Part shown: positions 11,016-22,556 of the stretch, piece by piece | Layout of the letters: the number at the start of each line of letters is the position of its first letter | Numbering within the stretch: the stretch's first letter is position 1 | Assembly (NCBI GenBank): GCA_046563655.1 | Contig: CM102287.1 | Location: forward strand, 10,168,001-10,232,000 | DNA length: 64,000 nucleotides | Reading direction: 5' to 3' | From: Yuukianura sp. NJ FZ-2021 | Lineage: Eukaryota | The notes under the pieces: model-generated | The model's input: the letters and a program-made list of their open reading frames with translations, nothing else | What the model was told of the DNA's origin: nothing | Databases searched by the model: none | Position numbers and translations under genes: made by a program

Positions 11016-14000
11016 TCAGACGAACTTGTCCATTTGGTACATGTCTACGAGGAGTCTTTGCATCTGTAGTTCTCCAATGGTGTCCTTGAAGAAGAGTCCT
11101 TCTACCGTCGTCTGTCGAATGGCCCTCAGACTCGGCACGAGCAAAAGCAGTCGGCCGAACCGATTCGGCGTCCGAGCGTACCTCCCTCGGATGTAGTCGT
11201 TCAAAATGCACTGAGCCTGATCTTGCAGCATCTCAACTGGCTGCACATCCTGCAATCCTGTAGTCTCTGTCACAAGTAATTACAAAGTAATTACCATAAT
11301 TCAAATGAATTACTTGAAATATTTGTAATTACCAGGTTTGAGGAGAATTATGGCCTTCATGCAACCACACTCACTGCCGTCCGGAGACAACTGCCGGAAG
11401 CGACTCATGATCTCCTGCAACATCGTTTTCAACATTATTTTTCAAAAATAAAATAATTAAAAAAAATCTGGACTTTTTCCAAAAGTCCTTCTGTGGAAAG
11501 TTAGAAGGTGTGATGAAGTTTTTAAAAAACAATATTTTGGAATTTTTAAAATTCACATAAATTAGGAAAATACACTTTAGTGATTTTCTTGGTATTTCAC
11601 TTAGTATTATAATAATATATTATATTATCATAATATATTAAAATATTATAAATAATAGTATTAGAATGGATAGATGAATTACCTGAATTGCTTTGATGTC
11701 TTGGAGAACGAGTGGATCTTTTGGTAGTTTGTCTTGTGCTTTGGGTGCATTGAGGATAGAAGAAATGTCGAGGGGAATCGACCACTGGGCCAAGTGAAGC
11801 AGAAAAAGTTCTTTCCATGACTCACTTAGCAGAAGAAGCTATGGAAAGGAACCAATTTCAAAAAAGTTTTCAAAATTTCGAAATTTTTAAATAATTTTGA
11901 AAACAGTTTGGTTGAAATTTACTTGATCTCTTTTGGACAAAGTTTGGAAAGGACCGAGACACTTGACCCACCGCACAGCCATGAACAGTAGCCTGGCCGA
12001 AGTTTCCTGGAAGTTTCAAAATTTCGAACAAATTCTAAACCGAACCTTTTTTTTAGGTGACCTTTGACCTCTACCTGCAGAGTTTCTCCTGATGGCGTCC
12101 ACGTTATGACTGGCGGAGTGTGTGGCACGATTCGTTCGTTACCTCCATTTTCTCCAGCGCGTGGACCCCACACGAATTCCTAAATTTCAAAAATTTTGAA
12201 AAATACTTTTTGAATTCAGTTTTTCGATTTTGAATTTGAACTTTGACCTCAAACTGACCTGACATCGCTCAGCAGCCATCAGAATCTGGAGTAAACTGGT
12301 GGAATGATGCACAAAAAGCGGATTGGCCACAACGGGGCTGAAGTGATTCGAATCCAGAATCGCTGCAGAATCGCTGGAGAATCGCTGTGCTGGAAGTCCA
12401 GCCGCCACTGCAGACTGGAACAAATGCTGGGCAGTCGCCTGGAGACTCAAGTGCGCAGCCGCTGCTGCCGAAGAGGGAAGCAGACTCCAGGAATTGGAGG
12501 GTGGGGCATTGTGAGATCCAGAAGAATGGAAAGCCCCACCGGAAGTGGGGCCAGTACTGGGTGGGATGCTGACAGTACTGTTGGGACTTCCGTGGGAATG
12601 TGGGGCCGATCCGGGCGAACCCACCGACAGGACAGAAGAAGAAGACGAGGAAGAGACAGACATTGACACGAGACCAGCCGATCCGACGGTTCTTGAAGTA
12701 AGGGCAAAGGGGGAGAGACCATGGGGGTGGTGGGGGTGATCCATGAGGGGGAGGGGGTGGGTTTGTGGTGGGGCATTTGCATGTGGACCCACATGGTGGG
12801 GCATGGCATGGGAATGGGGCATGTGGTGGGACTGAGAGTGATGATGAGCTGGATGACTCATGGAACTCCCGCCGTCTTTCCCGGTTTTCGACTTTCTCGG
12901 TCCCCGCTCATGCTGAACAGCTTCACATGACACAAAAAGTTAAAAAAAAATGTTCAAAAGTGAAAGTGACACTTCTTTTCAAAAACTTAAAAAATTAAGT
13001 TCTTTAAAAAAAATGAAACTTTTTCAAATTCCAAACTCAAATTTCAACGCCGGTGTTGAAACGTTTCTTTTTTCTAGCCTGAGTTTTTACACGTTGGAAG
13101 TTTTTCCTTGCACAAGCGAAGTTGTGAATTTACGTTAATTTATACAACTTGTCTTTAGTTTTTCTTTTTCACTTTGAGCAATTAGCGAGCTAAATTAAGA
13201 AAAGTGTTTGAAAAAAAAAAAGAACAAAAGCAACGTAATTAAAACTGAGTTTTGTCAAAAAAAAAAGTTTACACCGCCAGAGATTTCGTTTTAAGTAAAA
13301 AAAATTCAACTTTTTCTCAAAACCAAACGTAGAAGAGGAAATTCAAACTCTGAAAACTTTCTCCTCTTCATTTATGGTACCAGTTAATAAATAGTTTTAA
13401 CCTAAGGCAGTTAAAACTTAAGTTTTAACAGTTAAAACTTGAGTTTCAACTGGCATTACTCAATTCAGAAACTTTTTTTGTCTAATGCTACTGTGCAAGT
13501 GAAGGGGGCATTGCCTTTGTCATTCTTCGTCCAATAGGAGACTGGAGGGGGTTTGACTTTTTGGCTTTTGTGCAAAAGTGGAGGGAAAGGCGGAGTTCTT
13601 TCAAGGAGAAAGTCCCTTCGTCAAAAAAAAACACTTTCTTTTGTTTTCTCCCGCCAAATGTCAACTCCTGAGTTATTTAAAAATCCGAAATTTTGAAAAA
13701 AACGAAGAAAAGTGAAATTTTTGATTTTTACCGTCTTTGTTCATGGCGGCTTCAAAGCATTTTTTGAGTCTGCATGCTCTGCACTGGTTGCGATGCGTTT
13801 TGTCAATGGGACAACGCCCTTTGAGGTCCCCTTGAGCCTTGCAAGTGTACACTCTGTTCCGATGGATACTTCGCTTGAAAAAGCCAGAACAACCTAAGTT
13901 CATAGAATATTTTTTACCTTTGACCTTTCACTTTTTAGTTGACCTGTACTAAAAAGTGGAACTTTTTCGTACCGTCACAACTGTAGATGCCGTAGTGCTT

Positions 14001-14391
14001 TCCAGAACTTCTGTCGCCACAAACTTTGCAAGGAATGTCCAGCAATCGGTCACCTTTCACCAAAACCAAAATTTTAACTATAGAAAAACTAAAAATTTTG
14101 ACTCACCCAAAAAATATTCAAAAAGTACTTTTAAATTGCGTCCTTAACAAAAACCTCAGTTATTAAAACAAGTTTAAAGATTATGTTCCTGAATTTAGAA
14201 AAATAGAGAAAGTTGGAAAGAGTTTGAACGTTTTAACTGGCTAATGCTCAACCTAAATTTTTAAAAAACAAATTTAAAAATCCAACAGTTCTGAAACTGT
14301 TTTTCTCAAAATGTGTCGGACTTTTCGTAATTTGGTAAATTGAGTATGAATTTCATAATTTTTGAAGTTGAAATGTTGTACCTGTTCCCAT
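11016..14391 (-). CDS. dsf: Nuclear receptor dissatisfaction (NR2E4)
   Basis: [73 protein letters not shown]...VQHERGPRK matches the dsf DBD as I recall it; LBD ends [13 protein letters not shown]...QRLLVDMY; 10-nt first coding exon at 14382-14391. Confidence 0.92.
11470..11590 (+). repeat. Dispersed repeat copy in a dsf intron (same family as the 44160-44565 array and the reverse copy at ~31770-31840)
   Basis: Shared core gaaagttagaaggtgtgatg...aaaaacaatattttggaatttttaaaattc. Confidence 0.8.
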
Positions 14392-17300
14392 GCTTTTCTT
14401 GACGTTAGCCTGGAGCTGATTTCGGAGAAGAGTGAAGCTGTAGTTTTCAATTAGCTTCTTAATTGGTTCTGTGGGAAGTGGACCACATGCTAAGATTTCA
14501 AATGGAAACTGACACGGCCTCCAACTTTTACTTTCACTTTTAAGTGAAAGTAGAAGACAAGGTTAATTGAGTTAGGCTAATTGTTACAGAAGTGACAGGG
14601 GGTACTTGAAGTGACTTTGGACAGGGTACTTAAGTGACTCTGAGGGTACTTATTGTGGAACTGACTGTGGACAGGGTACTTCTGGCAGGAGAGACGGAGA
14701 GTGACTAAAGCGAGAGGAGAGAGGGAGGGCCCTTGTCACTTTCACTTTCCACTGGAGAAAGCACAGGCCAATAAGGAAACTCCTCTGCAGACCCACTCTA
14801 AACACACCACATTCACAACATGTACCAAAGTCACCCACTCACAAAAAAAACGCATTTTTTCAAAATTTTGAATTGAAATGAAAGATTTTGAAGTGAAATT
14901 TTGAAGAGACTGATGAACACGGACCTAAATTAATTTGTTTTTTAACAAACGTGGGAAATATTTTTATTATTTTTGACTGGCGTTTCGTCGCTATATTCTC
15001 TTTTTGTTTTTTGTTATTGAAAATTTTGATTTTTCTTGTCAAAATTTATCTTAAACTTTTGAAAAATTAAGTTTTTGTATTACTTTTTTTTTTGAAAAGT
15101 GTTGTTTTTACTGTGTGTTGAAGTGGTGAGGTGACTGGACTGAGAAGAAGAGGGTATGCACTGTGCTGTTCGTGTGTCCAGGATTAGTGTTCTCAGAAAA
15201 GAATGAAAGTGGGGGGAATAATAGATTTTGGGTGGACTTTTGGAGACTTAGAGTCAATAAAAGGCGAAATCCATCCGACACGCCAGAGCCTAATCCCTCA
15301 CTTTACACTTTTACACTTCTATCTGACCAGAGGGAAAGTGCGACCACAACCCCCCTCACGCGCCAAATTCAAATCCAATTCGCTTTACCCCGCCCCCCTT
15401 TCCGCTTCCTGGACAACCCAAAATCAACATCATTCCAATTCGGAAATCCCACCAAAGCCTCACAACTCCAAGTCCCCCCTTCAAGGGGGGACTTAAACTA
15501 ACATGTCATTTGTTGTTTTGAATTGAGGTGGGGGCGGGGGAAAAAGTGAAAGTGGAAGATCGACACGAAAGCCTCTCGATTCAGAATCTTCTTTTGTGTT
15601 TTTTCAATTTTCAAAAAGTTCAAACAATGCCTTTTCTAGTTTCCCGAAAATTAAGTTTTCCAGAGTTTTTCGAAGATTTTCCAGTTTTCCGAAAGTTTTC
15701 CACAGTTTATCCATTTCCAAAAAGTTCAAACAATGTTGTCTCTAGTTTTTAGAAAATTAAGTTTTCCGAAGATTTTCCTTAGTTTTCCAGTGATTTCCCA
15801 GAGTTTTCCGAAGATTTTCCAGGAAGTCGTTAACCGCCCCCACTTTTCAAAACAAACTTTTGAATTCGCTTCCTGTTTTTGCGAAGAACAAGAAAAAAGT
15901 TTGTATGAAAGTGAAAGTTTTGATACAATTCAAAGTTTGATTCATTTTTTTTTCGTTTTTCTGAGAAGTGAAAGTTAGTAAAACGTATGAGTGGGAATTA
16001 ATTTTGGAAAAAAGGAATCCTCGCTCATGACATCGCATTTCAATTGAGTTCAAAAACTACAAATGTAAATCTGACAAAAGGATTTTTCCCTTTTTCAAAA
16101 AAATGTTCGAAGCGGAAAAGTAATCTTTAAAAAAAATTCTTTTTTGGCTCCTACATACAAATGGAACAAACAAACCCACAGAATTTTCTCCTTTTTCTTG
16201 TTCAAACAAAATTAGAAAACGTTTTCACTTTTTCATTTTTTAAAAAGAGCCAAAGGCAAACAAAAATTTAGAACAAAATGGGCCTTGATTCTCACAAATT
16301 TACATTCTCACTGTTTTACCAAAAAGTGAAGAACTTAGAGGTCAAAGGTTATGGCAAAAAAAAAGTTTGTTACTTTTTCATTTTTTTTTTTGTCAAAAAA
16401 ACTTTCATCTTTCATTTTTTTTTGGTTTTGGCCATAAACTTTCACTTTTCTTTCTCTTCCTTAATGTTTTCCGTGAATGGCTTCACGGTCAGTTGAGTTT
16501 TGTGAGAAAGTGGAGAAAGCGAGATCTTTTTTGACAAGAATTATTGTTATCCAGACTCTCTGAGGTCAGGGGTCACGGAATCCTTGTGTTAGGCTAACAT
16601 TAGGCTAACGTTAGGTTATGGAGCCTAACCTAATGTTAGCCTAACGTATTCATGGTCCATTGAAACTTATGGGGCGTGAATACCTCTTCTCATGACCTCT
16701 CTCTAGATCTAAGCTAGGGTCAAAGTGACCGTTGTATTTGTGGATTTATTTGCTGGAAACATGACATTTTCCCTTTCCAGGAATCCTGGAGCTTCCAGAC
16801 TGCTGGAGTTTTGTCCAGGAGTTAGTGAAAGTGTGGAATTAGGAGTTGCGTAAGCCAGAGCTAATCTGGCGTGACTCAGTGGGAACAGAAACACATGGAG
16901 AGCATGAAGATGAGCAGAGCGGATTTAGCACACAAGCCTCCCCGCCCCCTGCGTGTCCCTCGCTCTTAATCTGACTTTGAACCCCCTCCTTCTCCAAAAC
17001 CTAATTAACAGGCAGCCGAAAAGTGGAGTTTCTAAAAGGTCAGAGGTCATGAAAACACAAAAAGTTCAAAATTTTGAAGTTTTGAGTAGGATGAGAGAGG
17101 AGCGTGGGCTGGAGTGAAAGTGGGTTCGAGCCACCCCACCCGAGGTGGGGCACCCCATGGTTGGCTGATCATTGATCAGCAATCATGACACTCCATGGTC
17201 GCTTTGTTCCACCTTGGCTACCCGCATGCTCAGTTCCAGCTTCTCCAGCAGATTCCAGGAGCTTCCAGGAACTGTGGATTGGACCAAATCGATGTGTGAT

Positions 17301-17539
17301 GGGCCATCGAGTGAAGAAGCCACACGCTCCACTGCGCCTTTCAGCTTTCACTCCTTCACTCCCGTCAAAAGCCCACTTTAGCCCACACCACTTTCTCCGA
17401 AGTGAACGCAAAAAAAAACTTCGATACCTGAAATTTAGCAGACTTTCACTGACTTAAAGCCCAAAAATTTTTTGACGTAAACAAAATTGTGAAAAATTTT
17501 TGGTAGAAATTGAAGATTTACAACTCAAGAGGAATTTAA

Positions 17540-17800
17540 CGGCTGTGAACCCGAGAGTTTTTTTGCTGTTGTAAGAACAGGAAAGTTTTTGCCGTTGTGA
17601 ACGTGAAAGATTTTTTGCTGTTGTGAACCGGAGATTTTTTTGCAGTTGTGAACCCCGAAGAATTTTTTGCCGTTGTGAATCCGAGAGATTTTTTTCATTT
17701 TTTGCCGTTGTGAACCCGGAGAGATTTTTTGTCGTTGTGAACCTGTATGAACTTCTATCGTGTTATGAACGTAGTTAGACTTTCACCGTTGTGAAGTAGA
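17540..17800. repeat. Degenerate minisatellite, unit ~25-30 bp
   Basis: Repeated ttttgc(c/t)gttgtgaacc..gaga units, about 8 copies. Confidence 0.75.
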
Positions 17801-20453
17801 TTTTGCTTTCCCCTTTGTGAACGCTAGTTTCTTTGACGTGAAAGCAGCAGAAGGTTTTGAATAGCGTGAAAGGAGTTGACAGGAGTGAAGGCATAAGATG
17901 AAGATGATCCTAGTTCTGAGTTCGGTTGAGTGGGTTTGGGGATTAAGATTGTGGCTGGGGCTGTAAATGAGCTCAGTTGTCTCAAAGCTACTTAAGTTAG
18001 CAAGTCCCCCGCCATTTGGCTAATGGCACAACTCCATCTTCACTCTTCAAGAGAGAAGAAGAGTGAAAGTGAGCAGGGTGGACCTGTTCCCAGGTCTCTC
18101 TTTCTACTCCCACAATCTCCCTACCAAATCCTCACAGATTCAAACACATTTAAATCAAATGCCAAACACAAAGAACCAACTTCAAACACAAACCTCCCAC
18201 CACAACTCAAACTTCAAACGACACAAACCAAAATCACACAAAACTTACAATTTTAAAGTTTTTCATAGTTTCAATACCATTTTCAAGATGAAAAGTCCAA
18301 AAAATTAAAGAAACTCAAAGTTATTTACTGCATAAATAAACCCCGTTTAAAAAAAAAAGAAAAAAAAGCTCCCAAAATTAATTTTTTCTGTACTAAGAAA
18401 TCCAGTATTTTTTGTCTGGCGTCAAAGTCAAACTATTTTCAGTCAAATTTTTTGCTGCGAATCGTTTGACCTCTGACCCCCCCCCTCCCTTCAACATATG
18501 TTTCTAGAGGGGGGGGGGGTTGAAAAAGGTGTTTTTGTTAAAGTTTGAGTAAATTAGAAGCGTGAACACTTATTTCCGCTTGACCTGTCACGGGATCACC
18601 CCAGAATTCATGTGATTTGGTCCAGCCGTTGGAAAATGAAGCTCATCTCCTCCCCTCTCCCAGTCCAAATTAATTCATGTGTTGCTTTCTCGCCTTTTCC
18701 CAGCATCCCCTCTCACGCAACAATTGACCCCCCCCCCATCTCTCTGAACCCCCCCCCTTGCTACAGAACAAGAACAATGGAAACAATCAATTCAACAATG
18801 ATCCCCCATCCAGCATCTCTATGAAAGCAACAGCTGACGACATCATCGCTCAAACTTCATTTTTTGAAAATAGCTTCAAGCATTTTTCAAAAAATTAGAA
18901 TTTTTTGAGAAACTCAGATTTCTCATTTCAGTTTTTAGTTTTGAGAGACTGAGTGGAGAAAGTAGGAAAAAGCCTTTAAGCCCTTGATTGTGAAACTTTT
19001 AATTTATTTGTTCCTTTTCTCAAGTTTTTTTGAGTTTGAGCGCTCTCCAACCAAAAAGCTCCAGAATGAAGCCAAGGGCAAGAATTTTGGAGAAAGCGAC
19101 GAGCTGGAAAGAGAAAAGCTTTTTGTGAAAAAATGAGAAGAAAATAAAAAAGTTAGGAAACTGCTCACAAACTTCTCTTCTTTTTTGGCGTGTGCGAGAA
19201 GTTAAGAAAAAGTTGGGATGGAGGAGAAAGTAAATGAGGGAAATCAAGGCATGTGGATCATCTTCTTCACAAAGAACAACCAACAGACTTTTCTCTTTTT
19301 TCAACAAAAAAAGTTTTTGAAAAAGTTTTTTTTAAAAGAAAGTTGTTCCTTGAGTGTGAAAAATCACGCAGTCAAGAAGATGAACAAGAAAAGAAGGGAA
19401 AGTTGGAAGAGAGAAAGGAAAAGAAATTGATCGAAAATGATTTCTCCATTTTCCCACGAAAACAATTTCTTCAACCTGGCACAAAAACACATAAAATTTC
19501 ATAATTTTGTTGTTTTTTTGAAAAGTCACTTTTTTGAACATTTTCAAATTTAGTTTCATCCTAGACATTAACTTCATGGAGAAGAAGTTTTGCGTTCTGT
19601 TTGGACAGAGTTACTTTCTAAGAAATTTTGAATATGTAATGTCAACCAAACTGTTGAAAAGTGTTCTTTTTGGAAAAAAATACTTTTCAAAAAGTGCTTT
19701 CTCCAAAAAGAACAGTTTTCCTATTGGTGTTTTTTTTTCTACTAAGTGAAAGCAGTGACAAAGGTTTTCAATTTTTGAATAATTTGGCGCTTCTTTTCTA
19801 TTTTCCCTGAAAAATTTTCGGTGTCACTTTTTCTCTTTCTTTTGAAAATGAAGATGTTTCGTGGCCTGGAAGCGATTTTTCGTGGATTGAAGCGCTGAAA
19901 TGGGCGGATCGCTTCAAAAAATGATTCTTTTTCTTGAAAAATTCATTGTGTAGTGTCACAGTCTCCATTTAGATTCCCGCTGAGTGGATTTGGGATTGAT
20001 GATTTCTTAAACTCTCTTTGTCACTTCCACTTCTCACTCCAACAGACACATCTTAATGGATTACTCACTTTTCACACCTCACCACTCAACTTTATTAATT
20101 ACAATTCAAAAATATATTTCAACAAAAGTGGAAAATGTTAAAATCAACAACTATGAATACTATAAATCTACAAATTGGAAGTTTTCTATTGTGAACGTTT
20201 GGATTTTGGCGTTTTCACTTTTTTAACAGACACACAGACAGGCAGACAGACAGGCAACGTCAAACCATAAAGTAGCTAAACAGCACTGCTTACTTAATTA
20301 CAATTGGTCATTCGAATAGTTATTCCAGGAAGTATTGTGTTAATTACATATTCACTTTTAGCAAAGTGGGTTAGTTTCTTATACTTGTTCTGCCTCGAGT
20401 TCTAAGAATTGAAATTTTGAAACAAATTTTCTCAGAATTTTTTTTTCGTGGAA

Positions 20454-21028
20454 ATGAATACTACGTTTGTTGTTATATTTACTGTTGTACTTTTTGCAAT
20501 TTACTACACCGCATCGACGCTTGAAGACTACGAAACTGATGGCCCATTAAAAATAATCCGACGTACTAAAAGGCAGACGGGAGGTATTTAACACAAAATG
20601 GAAAACTTTGCCTCAAAATTTTCAAAAGTTTTTTTTTTTTTTGTATAAACCGGATTTGACAAATTGAAATTGTGGTATTAAAATGTGTAATGTTAATGTA
20701 TGTCTTTCTAATGTTAGGTTGTGTGTGGTATAAACAGAAGTTCGAATTGAAGCAGAAATTTTCCCTCAAATGTAGGAAATGCAGATGTACGAAGAAGGGG
20801 ATTGGATGCGCCTATGGAGATTGTAAAATAGGAGCTAAGCCTACTACACTTAAGGCACCCCATGGTGCACCTGCAGGAGCACCTAGCCCCTCTGCAGCAG
20901 CACCTACTCCAGCACCTACACCAGCACAGACTACACCTTCTGCAGGAGCACCTCCTAACCCCCCTGCACCTGAAACTACTGCAGCCCCTGCACCAGAAAC
21001 TACTCCAGCCCCGGCACCAGGACCTTGA
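20454..21028 (+). CDS. Secreted pre-pro-peptide A: signal peptide, RTKR site, cationic 6-Cys pacifastin/vWC-like domain, Pro/Ala/Thr tail; 2 exons
   Basis: MNTTFVVIFTVVLFAIYYTAST-LEDYETDGPLKIIRRTKR-QTG|GCVWYKQKFELKQKFSLKCRKCRCTKKGIGCAYGDCK...APAPETTAAPAP. Confidence 0.85.
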
Positions 21029-21093
21029 AAAGTTTAAAAAAATAAAAATTCCAACAAAATTTTACAATGACAAAATTTTTACACCTCTCTACT

Positions 21094-21381
21094 CAAGGTT
21101 CCTAGAGCAACAAAGTAGAATTTCTTTAACAGGTTAGGCAATAAGTCCAGTTTTCGGAAAACCTCTCCCATACTTTTTTTTTCACCCAAGTTTCAACCAG
21201 ACTTGTTTTGTGCAAAAATGTAAAAGTTTGCATCAAACTGGCCGCTCAAAATACATGAAAAAAATTCGGCTTCCAATAATTGCCCAGGAAACGAGACTAA
21301 AATAACCGTGATTTTCTTCAATTTTGAAATTTTTTGGGAAAAATACGACTTACTACTTATTTTCTTGTTTAACGAGCCTTG
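21094..21381 (+). mobile_element. Non-autonomous TIR element, CAAGG...CTTG family (P- or hAT-like)
   Basis: Left end matches the element at 48359; degenerate 8-bp TSD tctctact/tccccact. Confidence 0.6.
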
Positions 21382-21807
21382 TCCCCACTCAACTTTTCAA
21401 ACATCACCAGTCAATTTTATTACAATTCTAAAATACATTTCAACAAATGTTCAAAATTTTGAAAACAAGAATTCAGAAATACATTGTTATAAATTTTTTA
21501 AAATTTTGAAAATTTAAAAAAAACTATGAATCGATAAATTGGAAAGTGAACTCTTTGATTTTGGCGTTTTCACTTTTTTAACAGACAGACAGGCAGACAG
21601 ACGGACAGACAACGTCAAACCATAAAGTAGCTAAACAGCACTGCTTACTTAATTAGAATTGGTCATGCTAATAGTAATTCCAGGAAGTATTGTATTAATT
21701 ACTAATCAACTTTTAGCAAAGCTGGTTAGTTTCCTATACTCGTTCCGCCTCGAGTTCTAAGAATTGAAATTTCGAAACAAATTTTCTCAGAATTTTTTTT
21801 CGTGGAA

Positions 21808-22365
21808 ATGAATACTACGTTTGTTGTTATATTTACTGTTGTACTTGTTGAAATTTACTACACTGCGTCGACGCTTGGAGACTACGAAAATGATGGCCCA
21901 TTACAAATACTCCGACGTACTAAAAGGCAGGCGGGAGGTATTTGACACAAAACTCAAAATTTTGATTCGACAATTTCTTTTTGATGTGAATCGGATTTAA
22001 AAAATTGAAATTCTGGTATTAAAATTTGTAAATCTAATGTCTTTCTAATGTTAGGTTGCGTCTGGTATGGAAAGAAGTTCCAAGTCAGCAAAACCCAGTT
22101 CAACATTAGTTGTAGGAAATGCAGATGTACGAAGAAGGGCATTGGATGCACCTTTGGGGATTGCAAAATAGGAGAAAAGCCCTTTAAAAAAGGCCCTAAA
22201 GGAGCCCCTAAGGCACCCTCTGCTGCACCTGCAGGAGGACCTGCAAACCCCCCTGCAGCACCACCTCCAAACCCCGCTGCACCTGAAACTACTGCAGCCC
22301 CTGCACCTGAAACTACAGCAGCCCCTGCAGCAGAAACTACTGCAGCCCCGGCACCAGGACCTTGA
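21808..22365 (+). CDS. Secreted pre-pro-peptide B, tandem paralog of 20454-21028
   Basis: Same signal peptide, RRTKR-QAG, CVWYGKKFQVSKTQFNISCRKCRCTKKGIGCTFGDCK, PAT-rich tail; upstream ~250 bp also duplicated. Confidence 0.85.
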
Positions 22366-22556
22366 AAATGTTAAAAAAATAAAATTTCCAACAAAATTTT
22401 GAAATGGTTTCTACAATCAAAACTGTTGTTTTCAAAATGAACTTTTTTGGTCAAAAAAAATACAGGACGGTAAATCCATTTAAATCCGGACTTTTAATTA
22501 TAATTCAAAAATACACATTTTCAACAAAAGTTCAAAATTTTGAAATCAACAAGAAT

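Noticed and set aside
12304..12998. Several overlapping ORFs in dsf exon 4
   Set aside because: Antisense or alternate-frame shadows of a GC-rich His/Ser/Pro exon
17540..17800. gttgtgaac repeats with variable spacing, CRISPR-like at a glance
   Set aside because: Intervening sequences are short and homologous to each other; a degenerate minisatellite
14650..20141. Many 60-110 aa ORFs upstream of dsf
   Set aside because: Phe/Lys-rich translations of AT-rich non-coding DNA, with no domains or coherent exon chains
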